A stretch of 63,280 bases of DNA, counting the filler, from Octopus bimaculoides (Eukaryota): NCBI RefSeq assembly GCF_001194135.2. It is 5 parts of 5 records of this genome, joined end to end, with 100 filler letters (N's around TTAATTAATTAA, not from the genome) between each part and the next. Parts side by side here need not be neighbours in the genome. Positions count along the whole stretch, not along the records: positions 43,873 to 61,080 come from NC_068991.1; positions 61,181 to 63,280 come from NW_026304569.1; 3 more parts are not named here. One strand, given 5' to 3'. The notes beneath the pieces are model-generated. The model was not told where the DNA came from, made no database searches, and saw only the letters and a program-made list of their open reading frames with translations. The position numbers and the translations under genes were made by a program. This document shows, piece after piece, positions 54,675 to 63,280 of this stretch (the first letter of the stretch is position 1; each line of letters begins with the position of its first letter).

Positions 54675-54975
54675 TTTAATGTCTGTTGTCCATGCTACCA
54701 AGGGTTGGATGGTTTGACCAGAGCTGGTAAGCTGAGGGGCTGCACCTGACTCCAGTCTGATTTGGCATGGTCTCCTCAGTTCGATGCCCTTTCTAATGCC
54801 AACTACTTTACAGAGTTGCTTGGTGCTTTTACGTCGCACCATATAGGCGCTTTGATGAGACACTGTGCAGGCACTTTTACATGGCACTGCATGAACCCTT
54901 TTATTTGGCACCACATGGGAGTTTTTACATGATGCTGCACAGGTGCTTTTACATGGCATCACCAGAAGTGCTTTA
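54675..54975 (-). mobile_element. SINE type C with about 7 tandem 24-bp palindromic units
   Basis: Reverse of the RTE-like tail followed by repeats of about GGTGCTTTTACATGGCACC-N5. Confidence 0.65.
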
Positions 54976-54988
54976 CATTTCCACACAG

Positions 54989-55044
<56 letters not shown>

Positions 55045-55362
55045 GTGTGTGGGTGTAAGTGTGTGTATATTTGTATCTACTAGTCTTTACATCATGTGAT
55101 TCTTGTAAATGAATGCCATTTATTTCCAGTACACTGCCAGCAGGGAAGGCATCTGGCTATAGAAAATCTGCCTCAAAAAACAATGATGTGGTGGTGGGGT
55201 GGGGGGCAGCAGCACCAGTGGTGGCAGTGGTTTTGGTGGTGGTGGTGGTGGTGGTGGTGGTGAACATTATTTTATCATGATTATTTTGTTTTCCTTTTCA
55301 TCCTATGTATCCTTATATTTCTTTTCTTTTTCAATTTTTTTTTTACTTGGAAACTGTATCAG

Positions 55363-55516
55363 GAGCTGAGCATGTCCGAATACAAATGTGATTGCCAAGA
55401 AGGATTCACAGGCCACAGATGTGAAGTGAACATTAATGAATGCTTAAGCAACCCATGTCAGAATGGTGGTATATGTATTGACAAAATTAATGGGTACATT
55501 TGCAAATGTATGAAAG
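55363..55516 (+). CDS. EGF-repeat gene exon (154 bp, phase 0-1)
   Basis: gtatcag|[51 protein letters not shown]|gtcagt. Confidence 0.92.
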
Positions 55517-55824
55517 GTCAGTGTGTTTTCCACTCTTTACTACAAATATTTTCCCATTGGTAGCCTTCTTTCTACTTAATTTAATTTTGATTATCAACTG
55601 TATCAATCCTAACTGTCCAATAGAGTTAAAATTGATGCACCACGACTAACATCCCTACCACTACTAACAACAACAACAATTCCAACACCAGCACTACAAC
55701 CAATATCACTACAATAACCACTACCACTACCCCCCACCATCAGTCTTGGAATCTTTGTAAAACTTATGGCTGCTGACAAAATTATTTTTTAAAAAAAAAA
55801 CAAATTTTTAACGTCATGAAAATT

Positions 55825-56679
55825 TTTTTGGCTGTGTGGTAAGATGTTTGCTAGTCAGCCACATGGTTCTGGGTTCAGTCCCACTGTGTGGCACCTTCGG
55901 CAAATGTCCTCTACCATAGCCTCAGGTTGACTAAAGCCTTATGAGTGGATTTGGTGGACAGAAACTGAAAGAAGCTCATCATATAAATATATATGTATAT
56001 GTGTGTGTATATATNNNNNNNNNNNNNNNNNNNNNNNNNNNNNNNNNNNNNNNNNNNNNNNNNNNNNNNNNNNNNNNNNNNNNNNNNNNNNNNNNNNNNN
56101 NNNNNNNNNNNNNNNNNNNNNNNNNNNNNNNNNNNNNNNNNNNNNNNNNNNNNNNNNNNNNNNNNNNNNNNNNNNNNNNNNNNNNNNNNNNNNNNNNNNN
56201 NNNNNNNNNNNNNNNNNNNNNNNNNNNNNNNNNNNNNNNNNNNNNNNNNNNNNNNNNNNNNNNNNNNNNNNNNNNNNNNNNNNNNNNNNNNNNNNNNNNN
56301 NNNNNNNNNNNNNNNNNNNNNNNNNNNNNNNNNNNNNNNNNNNNNNNNNNNNNNNNNNNNNNNNNNNNNNNNNNNNNNNNNNNNNNNNNNNNNNNNNNNN
56401 NNNNNNNNNNNNNNNNNNNNNNNNNNNNNNNNNNNNNNNNNNNNNNNNNNNNNNNNNNNNNNNNNNNNNNNNNNNNNNNNNNNNNNNNNNNNNNNNNNNN
56501 NNNNNNNNNNNNNNNNNNNNNNNNNNNNNNNNNNNNNNNNNNNNNNNNNNNNNNNNNNNNNNNNNNNNNNNNNNNNNNNNNNNNNNNNNNNNNNNNNNNN
56601 NNNNNNNNNNNNNNNNNNNNNNNNNNNNNNNNNNNNNNNNNNNNNNNNNNNNNNNNNNNNNNNNNNNNNNNNNNNNNNN

Positions 56680-56725
<46 letters not shown>

Positions 56726-56960
56726 TGTATGTATGTATGTGTAGCTATATATGTGTGTTGTGTTTGTGTTTGTCTCCCCATCTCTGCTTGACAACCGGTA
56801 TTGATGTGTTTATGTTCCTGTAACTTAGCAGTTTGGTAAAAAGACTGATAGAACGTGTGCTAGGCTTTAAAAAAATTGTCCTGGGGGTCAATTTGTTTGA
56901 CTAAAACCCTTTAATGCGATGCTACAGCATGGCTGCAATCAAATGAGTGAAAGAAGTAAA
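55825..56960 (+). mobile_element. SINE type A spanning an assembly gap
   Basis: Head at 55825-55980, internal microsatellite and gap, tail at 56760-56960. Confidence 0.78.
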
Positions 56961-56984
56961 AGAATAAAAGAAAAGAATAAGTTC

Positions 56985-57290
56985 CCAAAATTCCCACACG
57001 ACATACCCACAGTGTACCATAACACCCACACAACATACCTACAGCATACCATAACACCTACACATTTCATAGCATTCATACAACACCTGCACATCCCATA
57101 ACACCCACACAATACCCTCACAACATCCTACAACATAAACACAATAGCCACGCAACCTCTCACAACATTCCATAATACCCAACATACCTCACAACACCAA
57201 CACAGCACATTTCAATCTGACAACACCCACACAACATCCTGCTCACATAATATCTCACAATGCCTTCGCAAAGTCCCGCAACACATCAGT
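56985..57290. repeat. Degenerate A/C-rich minisatellite
   Basis: Recurrent acaacatcc / ataacacccac motifs, strongly G-poor on the + strand. Confidence 0.6.
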
Positions 57291-57336
57291 TTCACTGTAC
57301 TAACATTATCTTTCTACCAAAATCCCTAACCAACAG

Positions 57337-57471
57337 GTATCACTGGGAAGTACTGTGAAACTAACATTGATGATTGCAGCCCTAACAGATGCCAAGCTAA
57401 AGCTGCTTGTATTGACTGGGTGGATGATTTCTTCTGTAAATGCCCTGATGGCCTTGCCGGAAAAATTTGCA
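57337..57471 (+). CDS. EGF-repeat gene exon (135 bp, phase 1-1)
   Basis: ccctaaccaacag| (CTAAC branch-like motif); GITGKYCETNIDDCSPNRCQAKAACIDWVDDFFCKCPDGLAGKIC; donor gtaagg. Confidence 0.93.
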
Positions 57472-57571
57472 GTAAGGAATCAAAGTTTTATTTATCTTTT
57501 TTTTTTTATTTGATTTATTTTTCATTTATTATTATTATCATCATAATTATTATTATTATCATTATTATTAA

Positions 57572-57774
57572 GGTGGCAAACACAGAATAGCTAGTGCACT
57601 AGACGAAATGCTTAGCAGTATTTCGCCTGCCACTACATTCTAAATTCAAATTCTGCTCAGGTTGACTGTCATCCTTTTGGGGTCGATGAATTAAGTACCA
57701 GCTAAACACTGAGACCAATGTAATCGACTCATCCCCCACCCCAAAATAGCTGCCCTTGTGGCAAAATTTGAAAC

Positions 57775-57781
<7 letters not shown>
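57572..57781 (+). mobile_element. SINE type B between (ATT)n tracts
   Basis: Preceded by attattatta; body ..ggggtcgatgaattaagtaccag..; ends gcccttgtggcaaaatttgaaacc(att)n. Confidence 0.8.
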
Positions 57782-57872
<91 letters not shown>

Positions 57873-57873
<1 letters not shown>

Positions 57874-58055
57874 GTCAGCTGGCTGGCAGAATCATTAGCA
57901 TGCTGGGTGAAATGCTTAGTAGTATTTCATCTGTCTTCGTGTTCTGAGTTCTAATTCCACTGAGGTCGACTTTGCTTTTCATCCTTTTAGGATTGATAAA
58001 ATAAGTACCAGTACTCTAACTCCAGAAATTGCTGGCCTTAAGCCAAAATTTGAAT
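57873..58055 (+). mobile_element. SINE type B (internally shortened)
   Basis: A-box-like ctggcagaatcattag, B-box-like gagttctaattcc; starts right after about 32 ATT units. Confidence 0.78.
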
Positions 58056-58438
58056 TTACACTTGAAAAGGAAAATGAAGGTGGAGAGGGAAGTACTCCCC
58101 ACCCCCAGAAAGGTGGGTAAGTGTGGTGAAAATGGCCCGTGTGAATAGGCCTAGTCTGAACATTCGTTTGTAGGCCAGAGTAGTCGAGAGGAAGAGGGAT
58201 GCCTGCCTGAGTTGCCCTTGGCAGTCAGGGTGACCATGATGTGTGGGGTGCTTTGGTTGGCCCCGGGTGGAACTCACCCCTATAGGGGATATACTTGTTA
58301 GTATTTTCTTCTTGTTATTTTATTGTTTACTTGATTTTTGTGTTAAACATTATGTGTCCCTTGTTTTGTATTGTCCCTACTTGTTTTTGTGTTCAGCCCT
58401 TGTGGTCAATAAAGAAACGATTATTATTATTATTATTA
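58056..58438 (+). mobile_element. L1/Tx1-like LINE 3' end with AATAAA + (ATT)n tail
   Basis: HLKRKMKVEREVLP..RWVSVVKMARVN..*, a U-rich 3' UTR, and the end gcccttgtggtcaataaagaaacg(att)n; homologous to 33963-34435. Confidence 0.6.
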
Positions 58439-58473
58439 GTAGTAGTAGTAGTAGTAGTAGTAGCAGTAGTAGC

Positions 58474-58513
<40 letters not shown>

Positions 58514-58744
58514 TTTACTTTTCATCTGCATGTTTGTTGCAATCACTCCCAGTGCCCTAGAGCAAGTGAAGGATAAGAGATATTACGGTATAACTAAAAG
58601 TTTGTGAAGAGGAAGTAGCAGGAGCAGTAGCAAAATATCACAATCATCATCACCATCATCATTACCTTCATCATCATCATCATCATCTTCATCATCAGCA
58701 ACATTATCTTCATCATTAGCGTTAAGTTTTAATGTCTAGGTCCA

Positions 58745-59764
58745 TGCTGGCAATAGAATTTCTTCATGAACTCTTTGCAGGATATGGTGTCCCGGACACC
58801 ATAGTGTCCAATAATGGTACGTAGTTTACAGCGTATGAGTTTTAAAATTTTTGAAAAATGTATGCAATTAAACACATCTCTACTTCACCATATCACCCAC
58901 GATCAAACGGACAAGCAGAACAGTTTGTGGATACATTTAAAAGAGCATTAAAGCAATGAAGAAATGAGCTAGTCTATGAAGCACCATTGACACAGCTGTT
59001 GAGTGTTTATAGGATAACATGAAACCCAAACACTTGTTCAGGCAAGTTGCCTGTGGAACTAATGTTTGCTCGAAAAATAAAAGTCAACTTTTGACAAGTT
59101 GTTACCAGTAAGAAAAACAAATAGGAGAAAATGCTGAAAATACAAAAATGTATTTTAATATCGGTGACAAGGTGTTTTTCAAAACATATAAAAATAGAAG
59201 AGAAGGTTGGGAAGACGGAGTAGTAACAAAGCGAATAGGCAAAATAACGTATATGATAAGAGATGAAAATGGGAACACAAAAGACATTTAAACCAGATAA
59301 ATAGTAGATATACGGAAAAAAGAAAAGAGATACCCATGGAAGTGCTCTATGACACTTTTGATGTTCCAACACCACATGAAGTTGAACCTAGGTGTAGCAG
59401 CACAAGAAAGAAGAAAAAAACAGCATGGTTGGGAGTAGTGCCAAAACAGAAGAAATATTAAACTTCCCTAGGAAGTAAATCTCAAAGGGGGAGATGTTGT
59501 GGTAAGAGTCATTGACAGCCCTGTCGGATTGGAAGAATGTTCTAGCTGAACTCTTATAAAGAGTAGCGTTTTGGTTGAGACGGGGAACTCGTAGGAGTAG
59601 TTGAGAGTCATAGGAAATCATTGAGATCGTTGAGAGTTTGTATTTATTGGAGTATCGTGTTTAGTGGAGTAATTTGAAGTATGCCATGTGAAGACAATTG
59701 TGTCTATCTCCATTTCATGAAATCTATATATCCAATGAATAGAAACATATAAAACTTCACAACA
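58745..59764 (+). mobile_element. Gypsy LTR retrotransposon 3' remnant (integrase, PPT, 3' LTR)
   Basis: LF..YGVPDTIVS(N)NG..PYHPRSNGQAEQFVDTFKRAL with stops; PPT AAAGGGGGAGA at 59484-59494; 270-bp LTR at 59495-59764 with perfect TGTTGTG/CACAACA ends. Confidence 0.88.
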
Positions 59765-59907
59765 TTATTTTATTTACCTTCAAAAGATGAACACTGAAGT
59801 CAAGCTCAGACAAGATACTTAACTCTTATTTACTTAGTTAAAAGCTTATGCAACTTAAAGTATTATAAATATAGTGTTGTTTTACTGTTTTTTCTCTTTA
59901 TGTTTAG

Positions 59908-60018
59908 ATGAAACCCAACCAGGAAAAAAATATATCCCATGTCACTCACACATCTGTCTTAATGAAGGTATCTGCTTCCAGAATGAATTTGATAAAAAGT
60001 ATTGTGTTTGTCCAAAAG
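59908..60018 (+). CDS. EGF-repeat gene exon (111 bp, phase 1-1)
   Basis: tatgtttag|NETQPGKKYIPCHSHICLNEGICFQNEFDKKYCVCPK|gtaatg. Confidence 0.9.
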
Positions 60019-60107
60019 GTAATGAAGTCCTACTGATATCATTTGTATAATTATGTGACTGTCTGTGTAAGTGTTTATGTAAGTGTACTCGTGTTTGTAG
60101 AGAAATA

Positions 60108-60153
<46 letters not shown>

Positions 60154-60487
60154 NNNNNNNNNNATATATATATATATATATATATATACATACATACACA
60201 CACATGCACATATGTACACATTCACATACAAACATACCTTGACTTCCAGTTATCTTCCTTGTTGCTCATGTATGAAACTTTCTCCCTTCCCATTTATTTC
60301 TGGTTATTCAATCCCAGCCATTTCAACATAACCTGGCACAGAACAAGACAAATTTCTCCATTACATCTATTTTTTCCTTTTCTTCCTCTGGTTAGAACAC
60401 AGACGGCCATGGAATATCTCATGCAAAAACTCTGTTAGGTTTTACCAATGTAACGAATAGCTATTTTTTCCCCATTTATTTCATAAG

Positions 60488-60622
60488 GTTTCAAAGGACC
60501 ATTTTGTGAAATCAACATCGATGACTGTAAACCAAATCCTTGCCTACATAATGGAACCTGTACGGATCTGATTGATGACTTCTATTGCTACTGTCCAAGC
60601 TGGTTGACTGGAAAAATTTGTG
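60488..60622 (+). CDS. EGF-repeat gene exon (135 bp, phase 1-1)
   Basis: tttcataag|[45 protein letters not shown]|gtaagt. Confidence 0.93.
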
Positions 60623-60831
60623 GTAAGTCTCTCTGAATAATTCCATGCAGTAGAAGAACTGGGATTGTTATTTAATGGCTTATAATAGGAAATTTGTTAA
60701 AGAGCTCAGCATCTGGATATAATCGGTGGGATGCTTTAAGAGATTATGAGTTGGATTTCACATAATTAGAAACTGCAAAATAAAAATAGGAACATCATGT
60801 TGAACTGACACTTTTTTATGATTGTAGAACA

Positions 60832-60993
60832 GTGGCTGTGTGGTAAGTAGCTTGCTTACCAACCACATGGTTCCGGGTTCAGTCCCACTGCATGGCACCT
60901 TGGGCAAGTGACTTCTGCTATAGCCTCGGGCCGACCAAAGCCTTGTGAGTAGATTTGGTAGACAGAAACTGAAAGAAGCCCGTCGTATATATG

Positions 60994-61036
<43 letters not shown>

Positions 61037-61080
61037 TTGTGTGACTGTGTTTGCCCCCCCACCCCCCAACATCGCTTGAC
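60832..61080 (+). mobile_element. SINE type A (young copy)
   Basis: A-box-like TGGCTGTGTGG, B-box-like GGTTCAGTCCC, internal (TA/TG)n; the tail is cut by a gap. Confidence 0.88.
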
Positions 61081-61226
61081 NNNNNNNNNNNNNNNNNNNN
61101 NNNNNNNNNNNNNNNNNNNNNNNNTTAATTAATTAANNNNNNNNNNNNNNNNNNNNNNNNNNNNNNNNNNNNNNNNNNNNCAAGACAAGGTATAAATCAT
61201 AGTCATTACATATTTTTCTATTGCAG

Positions 61227-61279
61227 TCGGTAAATGTGGCTTACAGCTGTTTCTCGTAATCATTATAGATATTTACTGA
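61227..61279 (+). CDS. Weak candidate terminal exon of the EGF-repeat gene
   Basis: tatttttctattgcag|; phase 1 gives VGKCGLQLFLVIIIDIY*; AATAAA about 55 bp downstream. No homology support. Confidence 0.2.
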
Positions 61280-63280
61280 TAGGTTTACTCAATCGGTCCA
61301 TTGATCACTTGAGAAAAATTGAACGACCTAAAAAATAAATGCTACTTTCGTCAGATCCAGAAAAGCTTAGTAAAGGTAGAGCAACTATAAATTAAAGAGA
61401 ATATATTTAGAAACTATTATCTATAAATGTTTCTTTGCTTGACAACGTCGAGGAGTCATAGAAAAATAAATTTCTCAGTTGATGCCACTTACATTAAAAG
61501 TTGTAATCAATATATATTTAGAAAGTAAATTAACATCGATCTTGGAACAAAAAGTATAAAGGAAACTGAAATCACATATAGAATATGACCTAAATAAGGT
61601 ATACATTGGTTTGCAAGGCAACACGCAGAAATATAAAAATAACAAGCTGTAAATACAACGAATCTACCTGTTCTAGTCAGGTGTAAGTTAAGATGAAGTG
61701 AGATGAGGGGGTGTACTGGTGGAAGCTCTGGAAAAAAACAAAAGAATATAACACAAAAATGATTGAATCAATAGAAAACAGACTATTTTGAAAATTTATA
61801 AACGCATAACTACTTACCCACCCACCTACATATTTATCTACCTAAATGCATATATAACCGCATATATATACGTGTGTGTACGTGTGCATGTGTGTGCGCC
61901 CGAGCGTATATGTATGTGTATATATCTGTCTGCCTCTCTCTCTCTCTTTCTCTCTCTGTATATATATATATATATATATATNNNNNNNNNNNNNNNNNNN
62001 NNNNNNNNNNNNNNNNNNNNNNNNNNNNNNNNNNNNNNNNNNNNNNNNNNNNNNNNNNNNNNNNNNNNNNNNNNNNNNNNNNNNNNNNNNNNNNNNNNNN
62101 NNNNNNNNNNNNNNNNNNNNNNNNNNNNNNNNNNNNNNNNNNNNNNNNNNNNNNNNNNNNNNNNNNNNNNNNNNNNNNNNNNNNNNNNNNNNNNNNNNNN
62201 NNNNNNNNNNNNNNNNNNNNNNNNNNNNNNNNNNNNNNNNNNNNNNNNNNNNNNNNNNNNNNNNNNNNNNNNNNNNNNNNNNNNNNNNNNNNNNNNNNNN
62301 NNNNNNNNNNNNNNNNNNNNNNNNNNNNNNNNNNNNNNNNNNNNNNNNNNNNNNNNNNNNNNNNNNNNNNNNNNNNNNNNNNNNNNNNNNNNNNNNNNNN
62401 NNNNNNNNNNNNNNNNNNNNNNNNNNNNNNNNNNNNNNNNNNNNNNNNNNNNNNNNNNNNNNNNNNNNNNNNNNNNNNNNNNNNNNNNNNNNNNNNNNNN
62501 NNNNNNNNNNNNNNNNNNNNNNNNNNNNNNNNNNNNNNNNNNNNNNNNNNNNNNNNNNNNNNNNNNNNNNNNNNNNNNNNNNNNNNNNNNNNNNNNNNNN
62601 NNNNNNNNNNNNNNNNNNNNNNNNNNNNNNNNNNNNNNNNNNNNNNNNNNNNNNNNNNNNNNNNNNNNNNNNNNNNNNNNNNNNNNNNNNNNNNNNNNNN
62701 NNNNNNNNNNNNNNNNNNNNNNNNNNNNNNNNNNNNNNNNNNNNNNNNNNNNNNNNNNNNNNNNNNNNNNNNNNNNNNNNNNNNNNNNNNNNNNNNNNNN
62801 NNNNNNNNNNNNNNNNNNNNNNNNNNNNNNNNNNNNNNNNNNNNNNATATATCTTTATACCCTTTTCATCGGAACGGCGCACTTCTACTGTTTCAATTTC
62901 GTTCAACATAAAAAAATTTCAAGTTGAATAAAATATAGATAAAAACTTAGACGTCACAATCCTGACAGAGTCTGCACGACTGTTTCACTCTTTAGTTTAC
63001 TGTATAATTTAAAATATAATACAAATTTAAACTTCTAATTACCTTACAAATACACGTAGTTGTAGTACAGTCGCACTAATTATCGTTTAGATATTTATAA
63101 CAACAATAGATTGCCCATACCTGAATATGACATTCTTATAATGATAGACACTAGGTCTACTACAGATAAAGACGTAAATAATATGTTGTGAATAAAATAC
63201 AATATCGAAAAAGGGGACGCGTTCGTAGTAGTGTGTATACATGTATGTTTGTATGTATGTATGTATGTATGTATGTATGT

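Noticed and set aside
54820-54975. CRISPR-like repeat array
   Set aside because: The units are degenerate and tandem with about 5-nt linkers rather than unique spacers, lie inside a SINE, and occur in an animal genome with no cas genes.
45663-59764. A single giant LTR element that captured EGF exons
   Set aside because: The two putative LTRs differ in length and sequence, and no TSD pair could be identified.
60832-60900. tRNA genes suggested by A/B-box motifs in SINE heads
   Set aside because: No complete cloverleaf is present, and the heads continue into SINE bodies.

Overview
Repeat-dense animal genomic DNA: AT-rich, full of microsatellites, with roughly 8-9 kb of N gaps. The SINE families and microsatellite load resemble an octopus/coleoid cephalopod genome, which is an inference from recognition and not a database result. 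The one well-supported host gene is a + strand multi-exon gene made of tandem Notch-type, mostly calcium-binding EGF repeats. Nine exons between 43951 and 60622 have GT-AG boundaries and matching phases and splice into about 480 aa (1 partial + 12 complete EGF modules). A candidate CCAAT/GC-box promoter and signal-peptide exon lie at about 40.35-40.76 kb, and a weak candidate last exon lies at 61227. The rest is mobile DNA: at least eight fragments of R4/Dong-like (RLE-type) non-LTR retrotransposons, several abutting (TAA)n; L1/Tx1-like LINE fragments with (ATT)n tails; three SINE types; two Gypsy LTR remnants; two Tc1/mariner remnants; a hAT-type MITE; Penelope-like relics; a fold-back element; and a gap-free degenerate histone H4 relic. 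The most notable leads are (1) a 3' tail shared between the Tx1-like LINE and an (ATT)n-tailed tRNA-SINE, with TAA/ATT microsatellites used by three retroelement families, (2) a possibly EGF-only secreted protein, and (3) the H4 relic. No CRISPR, rRNA or bona fide tRNA genes were seen.
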